A DNA stretch of 64,000 nt from an uncultured virus (IMG/VR IMGVR_UViG_3300042287_000568) (taxonomy: Duplodnaviria; Heunggongvirae; Uroviricota; Caudoviricetes), in the IMG/VR virus record IMGVR_UViG_3300042287_000568. One strand, written 5' to 3'. The notes below the pieces were generated by a model that had not been told where the DNA came from, searched no databases, and saw only the letters and a program-made list of their open reading frames with translations. Position numbers and translations under genes: made by a program. Positions 37,401 to 45,712 of the stretch are shown piece after piece (positions within the stretch are counted from its first letter, which is position 1; every line of letters starts with the position of its first letter).

Positions 37401-40400
37401 TCATCTTTGTCAGAGACTCTGTCGGGAATACTGTCCTCTGCTGCATGAAGTCTTCTTACCCGTGAAGAAGAAGAGAAGCCACTGCGAGATGCCCAAGGTT
37501 TTTGATATGGAGTATTGGGGTCTCTGTCTGGCTTCAACCCAAAAGCGTAAGCAATAAACGCTTCTATCTCTGGCGTTAGGTACTTGGCTTTCAACTTTGA
37601 GTCAGGTGAAGAGAATAGTAATACTGCCTCTGCCCACAGTTCTTGACGAGTTGCTGTTGCATAGGTTCCCGCTATTAGTGGAGGCATGTCATTTACTAGG
37701 TACGGAAACTCAAGCGCTATTTGGTCAGCAAACTCTTGTGCGCGTGATGGAGACCACCCGCGTGATGAGTTAACTACGTTATTTAAATAGTCTTGTACTA
37801 AGTCGGTGAACCTTTGAGCAGCAGCCAGTTGTTCTGGTAGTGGTCTGTTTCTTAAGTTGTTACCTATGCTTCTGTATGCCGCTTTGGCTATTGAGTCAAT
37901 ATGCATTTCACTCATGGTGTTGAAAGGAATAAAACCCTCTGCGTCAAAAGCATCAAGGAATTCTTTTGTCATTTTTTCAACGTCCGCAGTAGGAACACCA
38001 GGAAATAGGTACGAAAGACGAGATTGTCTGTCTCCCATTTTTCCTCTAATTCCATACGTCTTGTATAGTAATTTGTTTCCTAGAACGGTTGAATAAAACC
38101 AGTGACCCCATTCATGAATACCGACATCAGGAAGAGAAATACCGAAGTTGTTCATCCAGTGTTCTGTTTCGTCCTCTATGGTGCCGTCTGGGTTAGTTAT
38201 TTTTCTTCCCGTTCTTCTTCTCGCTGCTATCCCTCTATTGAAGCCCATCGGCAAGTCATCTCTGCCTGGTTTTGTTCTAAGCGTAATACCAAGAGTTGCT
38301 ATTGAAAAACCACCAATAGAGTCACTATCAAGATGGGGAGGCAACTGTATGTCCATTCCTGAATCACGCAGCGCCTGAACCTGGTTTCTTAGGTCGGTAA
38401 GTTTTTGTTCATCCATAATCAATACCGGTGGACACCCGAAGCGTCTAATCATCCATGCAAACTCTGGTGATTCTGCCATCATTCGTCTGAGCATGTCTTT
38501 GGCTTTTTGTCTACCTGCTGGAGTGAAGTCAATCGGTACATCAAACACAAAAGCAGCGTTTCCGTTTGCATCACGAATTAGGGCACCCGTACTGTCTGTG
38601 CATTCTGCTTTGAATAGCAATCTTTCCGCTAGTTCAGCAATTACTGTTGCTTCTGTGGGAAAATTTGCTGGGTCTGCACCGTACGCCGTGTTCATCACGG
38701 TTAGCGCTATGGAGTCATCCATGTTTGTAGGTACGACAGCCTCTGCTATTTCTTCATCCGTAGCATCTTTTAGCCAGTCAGGACCATTGAGTGGAGTGAA
38801 CGGGTCGGACTTGGTAATAAGCCTTACGCCAAGACCTCTTGTTACTGTCTTTGAGGCGAATCCAGCACTTCTTCCTTCTGAACTACCCGCTCTATCTACT
38901 TCTTTTGCTGATGGCGAGAAACCGAGTATGTCAAGAACGTCCTTGCGTAGTTCAGGACTGACCATATCCTTCTCGTCTATGTCGCTAGAGAGCACTGCTG
39001 TCACTGCTTCGGCAAACGCTTCTGATGGTTGTGACTGCCCATACTGAGTCTTTACATGGGGGTAACCCGTGAAGTTGACTGACTTATTATTTTTTACTGC
39101 TTTACCGAATCTCTGAGCGTAAGAGTATCTACCTGACACTCTGTCGTCTGGCTTTATGAATCTGCGTAGAAGTTTTGAAATACGTGGTATGTATTCATCT
39201 AGGTCCCAAGTATCTAGCCACCAAAAGCGTGCTAAGTCTTTCATGTCTTCATCTGGGTGTACGTTCATCACTAAACGATTCAGATAATGACCCCATTCAT
39301 GAACGAACATCCCATCACTCGTGGGGTCCATTAGGAATTGTGATGTTCCCTTGATGAATGGTTCATCTTCCCACATGCGATTAGGGAACCCATTGACTAG
39401 GGCTTCTTCCCTAACAGTAGAGTCAATAGTGATAGCAGGAAAACCTTCTACACCCGCAACAGCGTAGGAGCCATCTAGTCTTTCCCCTGGTTTGGTTGTC
39501 ATGACAGGTGGCATGCCGAATCTTTGTACTGCTTCATAGAAGTTGGGGTTGTTTGATAATGCTTCTACTATCATCTCTTTCATACGAGACACTGCTTCTG
39601 GTGAGAAGTCCATACCGTCAATGCCCTTGGGGGTAATCAACTTCAGTGTGTTTGGTTCTGATGCGGTGTATGGAGTACCACCTGGGTCAACAAGCAAAGC
39701 GTTATGTGCGTCGGCTAATGCGATTGCTTCCTCTTTGGTCTTAGGTACTACAATGTCTGCAATTTCTTGTGGCGTCTTACCACGCATGGAGTTACCCGTA
39801 CTGCTTTTGAGACCGCTTGTTTGTGACGAAAATCCACTACGAGATACTTGTCTAATGCCAAGCATTTGCTCAACAATCACTGTTCCTTCGTAGTTGAGAA
39901 GTTCACTATCTTTAGGGTTGGGGGAGAAGTATGCTTGCACTGATTCGGCAAAGAACTCAACTGGTGATGTGGTTCCATACACGCTCTTGATGAACGGAAC
40001 ATCCTCATCGGGCAGTTCATGTTTCTTGTTCCAGTTTTCACTGCTTGTAATCTCGCCAAAGTAGGAGAATAATCTTTCTGCCCCTTTGGGTAACGCTGTG
40101 AATGCTGTTCTTCTCCACTGTGCATAACCCCACGAGTCTGATGCCATTGCCGCTGCGAGTTCACGCAGTTGTGCGTCTGGTGCGATGTTTGCTACTAGGT
40201 AGTTCAAGTAGTGACCCCACTCATGAGTGATGGTGTCCTCTGCGTTGTCTCCTGAGAATGCTCGCTTCACGCCCTTTATCTTGGGCGCTATCATGGATTC
40301 ATTGAATAGTTTTGCTAGTGCCGGTGTTTTACCTAGCCAGCGTGATACTGCGCCCTCATCTATGGCTGCTTCGTTAATGAAGATAGCGTAATGACCATGT

Positions 40401-40981
40401 GCTTGACCTTTGTATGGCTTGCCCTTGGGGTGTAGACCTATGGGTGGACAACCAAACCTGTCAAAGGCAGAACGTAATGCAGGTCTATCATCTAATGTTT
40501 TAATTAGTGATTGACGTATTTTAGCAACGCCCTCAGGGTCAAAGATAACATCGTTGAGAGCCTCTAGTAGGTACACATCTGTACTACCCATGGGGCCTTG
40601 AGCGTTGAGCATGCCAATGAAAACAGCAGGGTTGTCAGGTATTGCCCTCTCTGCCACCTCTTCATTGGTGAGGCCTACTGTCCAAGAACCTGCTGGTGTG
40701 TATGACCCGTAGCCACCCGTGGTGCTTGAGAGACCTCTTGCTATGGAGGCAATGTTAGACAACACCGCCGGTCTTTCAAAGGGTGTGCTGTCTTGTACTA
40801 GTCCATCACCATCACCATCGTATGCGTTAGGGTCAAAGACTTGTGCGCCTCTTGCGAGTTGACCTAGGTTCATGCCTAGTGCTTTGACTTCTATTCTTTG
40901 AGCGTCATCACTCTTTACTCTTGACATGTGACGTCTTAGACGAGACGAGTCGTTTGGTTCTATGTCATAAGAGAAGGGCAT
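34469..40981 (-). CDS. Giant multidomain putative virion/effector protein (3 zincin domains, ART-like domain, DUF5872-like C-terminus)
   Basis: HEWGH three times, each with a downstream E-x-(F/W)-AE; LYRG...SAFT...E ART-like; GQWSARKAQL tail; TACAAT-N6-ATG supports the 40981 start. Confidence 0.75.
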   Translation of the reverse strand: MPFSYDIEPNDSSRLRRHMSRVKSDDAQRIEVKALGMNLGQLARGAQVFDPNAYDGDGDGLVQDSTPFERPAVLSNIASIARGLSSTTGGYGSYTPAGSWTVGLTNEEVAERAIPDNPAVFIGMLNAQGPMGSTDVYLLEALNDVIFDPEGVAKIRQSLIKTLDDRPALRSAFDRFGCPPIGLHPKGKPYKGQAHGHYAIFINEAAIDEGAVSRWLGKTPALAKLFNESMIAPKIKGVKRAFSGDNAEDTITHEWGHYLNYLVANIAPDAQLRELAAAMASDSWGYAQWRRTAFTALPKGAERLFSYFGEITSSENWNKKHELPDEDVPFIKSVYGTTSPVEFFAESVQAYFSPNPKDSELLNYEGTVIVEQMLGIRQVSRSGFSSQTSGLKSSTGNSMRGKTPQEIADIVVPKTKEEAIALADAHNALLVDPGGTPYTASEPNTLKLITPKGIDGMDFSPEAVSRMKEMIVEALSNNPNFYEAVQRFGMPPVMTTKPGERLDGSYAVAGVEGFPAITIDSTVREEALVNGFPNRMWEDEPFIKGTSQFLMDPTSDGMFVHEWGHYLNRLVMNVHPDEDMKDLARFWWLDTWDLDEYIPRISKLLRRFIKPDDRVSGRYSYAQRFGKAVKNNKSVNFTGYPHVKTQYGQSQPSEAFAEAVTAVLSSDIDEKDMVSPELRKDVLDILGFSPSAKEVDRAGSSEGRSAGFASKTVTRGLGVRLITKSDPFTPLNGPDWLKDATDEEIAEAVVPTNMDDSIALTVMNTAYGADPANFPTEATVIAELAERLLFKAECTDSTGALIRDANGNAAFVFDVPIDFTPAGRQKAKDMLRRMMAESPEFAWMIRRFGCPPVLIMDEQKLTDLRNQVQALRDSGMDIQLPPHLDSDSIGGFSIATLGITLRTKPGRDDLPMGFNRGIAARRRTGRKITNPDGTIEDETEHWMNNFGISLPDVGIHEWGHWFYSTVLGNKLLYKTYGIRGKMGDRQSRLSYLFPGVPTADVEKMTKEFLDAFDAEGFIPFNTMSEMHIDSIAKAAYRSIGNNLRNRPLPEQLAAAQRFTDLVQDYLNNVVNSSRGWSPSRAQEFADQIALEFPYLVNDMPPLIAGTYATATRQELWAEAVLLFSSPDSKLKAKYLTPEIEAFIAYAFGLKPDRDPNTPYQKPWASRSGFSSSSRVRRLHAAEDSIPDRVSDKDDGLASRTTGASTAKMSREASSTSRFTVGDYDFDITDEDLSTYDWDTAYDQWTTWSGNWRMRHLSSAMMGIEQQPTKGGEESLSTVHEIMRSGELSNAPDHVKESVRESLINTHKTMEKISMGETISDRPLYRGLGSVPDDSEILMAEQGETITFPLSAFTPDRSLATTFADMNAESDKKVILQLRDGAHVASSDYTTQIRDLESDWIEVPIESVTQGEFTVVSKSEKDGYTVVELSHVNTFDPLAGRMIPTNAREGFASSSMRPERRVSDSAIRTLTDNMDFLRDNPPIGKGGKDLDDQWAQKTIEKLRSGEISQEDAFDLMNVVIEILNNGFNEDPSQKENPDGKLLAYQKLSKRLRRLAVGAMDKDDMEDFRREQGIGPTAITEPKPGPYPGGRFGFSSTTARENLSTRTDQRISDIDTQVAELESVNARLTRAISELEATGNWEGVKHDVFITEGNDPKTYSKEQLESNGWSEIVVQDSRNAISARQRKIDVLKKDRDSLEDDKKRLTGDYPETTVLIEELLLDEANVEKVKARALEVSSMSENQRMERFTDPNDPNAIYVVHYGAAKLEGGELDPARSRGQVGQAIMGNTRQINDETARYMVGKRDDAKRDISILEDMKRQIDSDGVVDFDAIRKADLKDPQRVGRARMLLGLNRSDPESSTITPEARQIANIDGAIGDKNIVLSRLDKVADKLVADDYQYSSTYRASSLQDLFGSYGGRYAEGDDTKRSSNTGIHIFKVRIGDDATEENNVGETHLVGKHTPIASLVVDSNASSDNPGREIWKGWLDLVIQQDIGKNDAITLSEDGRMPDMPGREIRGKSVQWVDLATKSFVSSAPSFDTKSLKYTKPELRERIKNRIMAGSKGGNPGQWSARKAQLVALEYRKAGGGYKGGLRKTQRSLNKWTREKWTTSDGKPAIRKGGTRRYLPSTAWSRLTPAQRAATNRKKIIGSRQGNQFVANTRSAENASRRARN

Positions 40982-41260
40982 TGATTCATTGTAGAACACC
41001 TCGCTGTGTGGTGTGTGAAGTGTGTGTAACTAATAGTTTGATGCGACTTGGTGATGTGATTGATGTGTGTGCAAAAGCGTGCTTGAGAGGCGCACTTTTG
41101 GATATGCCAGAGGGTGATATTCACAATCAGGTATGGCGTCATGGTTGATGGGCTATTTACTTGACACTGTTTGTATGAGGTGTTCATATGGTGGGTCCAT
41201 AGGCACTTCCATAGGTACCTGTAGTACATGTGTTCGTCGTACAGATGTTCGCTTTGACCT

Positions 41261-41314
41261 TTATCCACAGGGTGTGGACAACCACAGGGGGTGGTATTCA
41301 CAGGGTGTGGATAA
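41261..41314. promoter_or_regulatory. oriC-like cluster of paired DnaA boxes
   Basis: TTATCCACA-GGG-TGTGGACAA and GTATTCACA-GGG-TGTGGATAA in a 500-bp intergenic gap. Confidence 0.7.
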
Positions 41315-41483
41315 CTACTATAAGTGGTCGTTTTCTGACCCCGTAAGGCGATTCTCGGGGCTTCTTTTCAGACGGGCCGGCCGTGCGTGGGGGGGCACAC
41401 CACAAATTTTGAGGTCTAGCCCACTATTGGATAAATCCATACAAAACGTTTGAGTTCCTACTTCTCTCCGGTACGATGGAGAT

Positions 41484-41978
41484 ATGTCAATATTTGTTAC
41501 CGCCGACACCCATTGGGGACACCAACGCATTTGCGAGTTCTCAGCCAAGCACGGCGACAAGTTACGTCCGTGGGATTCCGCTTCAGATATGGACGAAGAG
41601 ATGATTCAGTTGTGGAATGAGACAGTAGGCCCTGAGGATACGGTTATCCACCTTGGTGATGTTGCCATAGACAAGCAAGGTGTCAAAACGATGCGGTTCT
41701 TACATGGTAGGAAATTATTAATAAAGGGCAATCACGACAGACTTCCTTTAAATGTTTACACCCCATATTTTTATGACATCATGGGCACTTTTTCGTACGA
41801 CGGATTTGTTTTAACTCACATTCCAGTCTCTGACCACCAGAAATACCGCTATAAAGGCAACATTCATGGACACTTACACTCCGAATCCCTTCCAGACCCC
41901 TGGTATCAGTGCGTAAGCGTTGAACAGACTGGTTACAAACCAATCCTTTTAGATGAGGTGCTTGATAGATATGTATAG
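41484..41978 (+). CDS. Calcineurin-like metallophosphoesterase
   Basis: DTHWGH, HLGDV, KGNHD, THIP, HGHLH. Confidence 0.9.
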   Translation: MSIFVTADTHWGHQRICEFSAKHGDKLRPWDSASDMDEEMIQLWNETVGPEDTVIHLGDVAIDKQGVKTMRFLHGRKLLIKGNHDRLPLNVYTPYFYDIMGTFSYDGFVLTHIPVSDHQKYRYKGNIHGHLHSESLPDPWYQCVSVEQTGYKPILLDEVLDRYV

Positions 41979-42564
41979 TCTTTTGTTCTCCCTACTAATG
42001 AATGTCCCTGGGACATGTTCAAACGTGGTCCACATCGGGGACTCTTTAACGCTTCATTCAAAACAGTTTCAGGCTGCTGAATATAAAAAAATCGGTTTGC
42101 CTGACGCCATAATTTCTGCTGCCGGAAGTAGGTCGGTGTTTACGAAGATGCCTAACGACCGTCACACGGGCTTAGAAGCGGTCAGGTACTACAAGAAGCG
42201 CGTTGACAAGGACGCTTGTTGGGTGATTGCGCTTGGTACGAACGATACTGGCCTTCATAAGCCAGAGGCTTTTGGTAATAACGTTTCGGCAGTCATGAGG
42301 GAACTTAAAGGCAAGAATGTTGCTTGGGTTTCGGTGTGGAAAGGCTGGAAGAAGGGCAACAACCGCTCAGCGACCTTATGGAACGTAATGCTTAAAGACA
42401 GGGCTAGTAGAAATACCAATATGCACGTTGTTGGTTGGGATAGATTTATCCAAAGTAGGCGGTTTCTATTGAATCCTGATAAGGTCCATTACGGTTCTAC
42501 GGGTTCTAAATTGCGTGCTGAGTTCATTTCTAAATGGATTAAAAAGAACTGGCTAGAACAGTGA
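41971..42564 (+). CDS. SGNH/GDSL hydrolase (OatA C-domain-like)
   Basis: IGDSL, ALGTND, DKVH. Confidence 0.8.
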   Translation: MYSLLFSLLMNVPGTCSNVVHIGDSLTLHSKQFQAAEYKKIGLPDAIISAAGSRSVFTKMPNDRHTGLEAVRYYKKRVDKDACWVIALGTNDTGLHKPEAFGNNVSAVMRELKGKNVAWVSVWKGWKKGNNRSATLWNVMLKDRASRNTNMHVVGWDRFIQSRRFLLNPDKVHYGSTGSKLRAEFISKWIKKNWLEQ

Positions 42565-42683
42565 CGCCCATAAATACAAATACATCGTTGATGTGTGCGG
42601 ATAGATTTATCTAATGAGTTTTATAAATGACATAGAACCGATGATAAAGATGTGGATATATGGAACTGCCATGTTTTATCTAG

Positions 42684-43181
42684 TTATGAAGTACGTTTTT
42701 GGAGTTTGAGGATGTGCTCTACAAGTTCATCCATACTTCGCAAGTCACGTTTGTCAACTATGTAGAAGTTGTCTGTTAGTTCCTGTTTCTTGTCGTACAG
42801 GTTCTTGTTCTTCCATCTGTCTTTTGATGATGGTCCCACAGCGAGCATTGCGCCAGTTTTCTTACTGCGCAAAATATATGCAAGCGGTTTCTGTTGTTTG
42901 TCTTCGTAACTGTTAACTGTGTCAACAATCGTTGTGGGGAACGGGAAGTCTTTGGGGTCCCAACCAAATTCCACGCTGACGTTCTTTACTTCCAAGATAT
43001 GTGGCAATAAATCAAGCGTAATGTCTTTTTCTGTCAATGTCATCTGCCGGCGCTCTTCACGATTTTTTGCTATTTGCAGTTCGGGGACAGTACACGGTAT
43101 TCCTTTGTCAATTAAATACTTCGCAACGACTTTGTTATAAGAATGACCTTCGGTGAAGGCCTCAATGTAGTTGTATGCCAT
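42684..43181 (-). CDS. PD-(D/E)XK-like nuclease fold protein
   Basis: KDI...LEVK motif. Confidence 0.5.
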   Translation of the reverse strand: MAYNYIEAFTEGHSYNKVVAKYLIDKGIPCTVPELQIAKNREERRQMTLTEKDITLDLLPHILEVKNVSVEFGWDPKDFPFPTTIVDTVNSYEDKQQKPLAYILRSKKTGAMLAVGPSSKDRWKNKNLYDKKQELTDNFYIVDKRDLRSMDELVEHILKLQKRTS

Positions 43182-43231
43182 TTTTGCCTTTCTTGCATTC
43201 TTTATCTGGAGAGGCTAGATTGTAGCCATAA

Positions 43232-43304
43232 GCCCTTGTGGCGCAGTGGATAGCGCAACGGACTTCTAATCCGCAGGTCGTTGGTTCAAATCCAACCAAG
43301 GGCA
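43232..43304 (+). tRNA. tRNA-Arg(TCT)
   Basis: Cloverleaf GCCCTTG/CAAGGGC, anticodon loop CT-TCT-AA, GGTTCAAATCC T-arm; no encoded CCA; upstream TTGCAT-N17-TAGATT. Confidence 0.93.
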
Positions 43305-43305
43305 C

Positions 43306-43575
43306 TCATTGAGCCGAAGATAAGTACTTTTTGCCTATCTTGGAAACTCTTATTGACCGAGGGATGCGTGCATCAAGGTCTACGTACCCTGCATCAACGC
43401 ATTGACGTATGAATTTATGGATAGTTGACGACGAACTAACGCCGATTTTCTCGCCCACTTCTCTAACGGACGGTGGATAACCACGTTCTTTGGTGAAGTC
43501 AACAATAAAGTTAAGCGTTAGTGCTGTCTGCTCAGGGCTGTAGAAAATTTTTTTCTTATTGTGTGATTCTTTCAT
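43306..43575 (-). CDS. LexA-type DNA-binding domain only (no peptidase domain)
   Basis: FI......GYPPSVREVGEKIGVSSSSTIH......GY.......RSI. Confidence 0.8.
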   Translation of the reverse strand: MKESHNKKKIFYSPEQTALTLNFIVDFTKERGYPPSVREVGEKIGVSSSSTIHKFIRQCVDAGYVDLDARIPRSIRVSKIGKKYLSSAQ

Positions 43576-43933
43576 CTCTCTTTTCCTTTCTCGCAATAGA
43601 ACGCCGAAGAACGAGTTTTTCCCGTTTTCTACGTGCCATTATGGTTTGACGGTTTGCTTCCATGTAGGTTGCGATGTGATATTCAGGACCCCAAATCAAG
43701 GCAGGATGGGTGTTTATTTTCTCAGCCATGTTTTCGGCGACTCTGAGGTTGATGCCGTTCTCTATCCACCTGTAGATGGCGTTGCGTTCTGTTCCTAAGC
43801 GCATTGCTAGAGCCGAAATGCTATTTTCGGAGCCCTCAATCCTAAAAAGAGCAAGAAGCGGCTCTGCCGACAGTCTTACTTCTGGTGGTTGTGGCTCCAG
43901 AACGCCATACATCTCTTTTTCTGGGTAAATCAT
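43556..43933 (-). CDS. HTH DNA-binding protein
   Basis: ALAMRLGTERNAIYRW...HPALIW. Confidence 0.6.
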   Translation of the reverse strand: MIYPEKEMYGVLEPQPPEVRLSAEPLLALFRIEGSENSISALAMRLGTERNAIYRWIENGINLRVAENMAEKINTHPALIWGPEYHIATYMEANRQTIMARRKREKLVLRRSIARKEKRDERITQ

Positions 43934-44148
43934 ATTGAGGCCAAGTCAATGCCGTAGATTTTACGAAACTCGCTTTTGATGGCTTTCATCGCCTTTGGTG
44001 TTCCGTGGGTTGTGTACATACGCCCACCAATACTGAGTGGCGGGTAAATCTTGTAAACGCCACGCTTGGTCTGTTCAACCCTGAAGCCGATGCGTTCAAT
44101 CTCTCGCACTACGGCGGCAAACTCTTTGTTGCCATGTGTTCTTGCCAT
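43930..44148 (-). CDS. HicA-like fold small basic protein
   Basis: IERIGFRVEQTKRGVYKIYPP...HGTP; canonical GSH His absent. Confidence 0.4.
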   Translation of the reverse strand: MARTHGNKEFAAVVREIERIGFRVEQTKRGVYKIYPPLSIGGRMYTTHGTPKAMKAIKSEFRKIYGIDLASI

Positions 44149-44250
44149 CTGAGACCTTCCTTTATTAAAAGAAAGCGTATCTAGGCATATAAATAAAACA
44201 ACCCCCGAGGCGAACAAATTTTCGCCCCAGGGGTTGTTTTGAGTGGTTTT

Positions 44251-44541
44251 TTACTTCTTAATCCAAGCAAACAGTTTGCTGAGTAAGCCCTTGCGATTTT
44301 TTACAAATTCGGCGACTACTTTTTCTGACGCTTCTTCAATTGCTTCAATTGCTTTTTCTTCGTAAGTATCAAAATCAATGCCATTTTCTTTGGCAACTTT
44401 TTCAACTTTGTTGTAGGCGCGCTTTACTGGGTCTGCCTTTTTTGTTGCAGCCTTCTTCGCAGGAGCAGCCTTCTTCTTGGGAGCGGCTTTTTTTGTTGCC
44501 GTCTTCTTCGCTGCTGTTTTCTTTGCTGGTTGCTTACTCAT
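44251..44541 (-). CDS. Histone H1-like Lys/Ala-rich protein (alternative start 44583)
   Basis: Repeated AKK/PKK units. Confidence 0.65.
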   Translation of the reverse strand: MSKQPAKKTAAKKTATKKAAPKKKAAPAKKAATKKADPVKRAYNKVEKVAKENGIDFDTYEEKAIEAIEEASEKVVAEFVKNRKGLLSKLFAWIKK

Positions 44542-44619
44542 GTCTTGTCTTTCTTTGTTAAGATTTTTGGCCCCATAGGACATCCCCGACTATAGCATTA
44601 AGTGCACTAATGTGGGCGT

Positions 44620-45249
44620 GTGGATGATTTATACCCAGACGAATTTTCAAAAATAGCATTAGCCTTGACATCTGCTCAATTAGCAAAACAAGGTTTTGTT
44701 AGTGAGTTAGGAGTCGGGGAAGATTTGGCATTCAATTTTATTGGATGGAAAGATGGCAAGGTTCTCGCCATTGTGCAGTTAAGTAAGAAGCACATGCAGG
44801 AAAAACCAATAGACAGGCTTCAAAGATGCGCGGCAATGCTTGGGATTCTTAAGGGTTTCTGGGATATTGACAGCCTCTCCATGGTGGCCGAGGGGTACTG
44901 TTCTCCGGATATAGAAAAAACACGAGGACTTGACCTTCAGAAAGCATTTCTTGACGAAACTACCGGAGTAAATGAGTGCATTACTGTAACTCACGCCGAA
45001 AGTGACGAAATGGGAGGAGCAGAACTAACGCTTGTTTCAATTTCTTATGAATATCTAGCCCAAAATAGGATGATTTTTAAGCCGATTACTGTTTATCCAG
45101 ACGGAGCGGTAAGAACATTGCGTGACAAGAGTTATCCAGCACTTTTGTACAAGACAATAATGGAACAATATATTGTCAACGAAAAAGATGAAGACGATGC
45201 AGCGGAAGCAATTAATAACCTCGGTTTTCACCTTCAGGTTTTCTATTAG
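44620..45249 (+). CDS. Hypothetical protein
   Basis: TAATGT-N6-GTG leaderless start. Confidence 0.7.
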   Translation: MDDLYPDEFSKIALALTSAQLAKQGFVSELGVGEDLAFNFIGWKDGKVLAIVQLSKKHMQEKPIDRLQRCAAMLGILKGFWDIDSLSMVAEGYCSPDIEKTRGLDLQKAFLDETTGVNECITVTHAESDEMGGAELTLVSISYEYLAQNRMIFKPITVYPDGAVRTLRDKSYPALLYKTIMEQYIVNEKDEDDAAEAINNLGFHLQVFY

Positions 45250-45339
45250 TCCTCGCCTAAGGAATTGAACCTTATGTTTAGACTGTGTTTATAAGACACA
45301 GTTCACCGACCAGGTGAACCAGGCGAGGTAAAATTGAGT

Positions 45340-45642
45340 ATGTTTAGAGATTCCGCAACTGAAAAACTTGGCGACGGAATATCTATTCTAAGAGCAACTC
45401 GTGAACCTTGTCCAGTTTGCGGTCACCCTACAGGTGATTGCGACGGAGAAGATGGTCCACCAAAAAAAATTGTTGGTCTTACCGGAGTTATTGAAACATT
45501 AAAAGAACTGCAGACATTTTTAGTAGAAGAAGACATCTACGAAGATAGGCAAATCACTCCATTCACAAAAGCACGTGTGATTATTCATCATAAAGGTTCA
45601 TACGTAACACTTGAGAAAGCAAAAAATTTGGGCATTGCTTAG
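45340..45642 (+). CDS. Hypothetical protein
   Basis: CPVCGH motif. Confidence 0.6.
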   Translation: MFRDSATEKLGDGISILRATREPCPVCGHPTGDCDGEDGPPKKIVGLTGVIETLKELQTFLVEEDIYEDRQITPFTKARVIIHHKGSYVTLEKAKNLGIA

Positions 45643-45712
45643 ACGGGTGTAAACAGGGTGTTGGTTGTATGATTGATTTCCTAAACATACAAATAGAAAG
45701 AGGAGCGAGTAA

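Noticed and set aside
34438..40164. Plus-strand and alternate-frame ORFs inside the giant gene, and similar shadows over the capsid, NrdJ and AAA genes
   Set aside because: Antisense or overlapping shadows of well-supported genes, with no motifs or start signals.
40921..41560. ORFs 40921-41148, 40960-41301, 41133-41453 and 41318-41560
   Set aside because: Biased translations of a skewed non-coding tract that carries the DnaA boxes.
43930..44148. Complete HicAB toxin-antitoxin module
   Set aside because: The catalytic GSH motif is absent and the neighbouring gene is not HicB-like.
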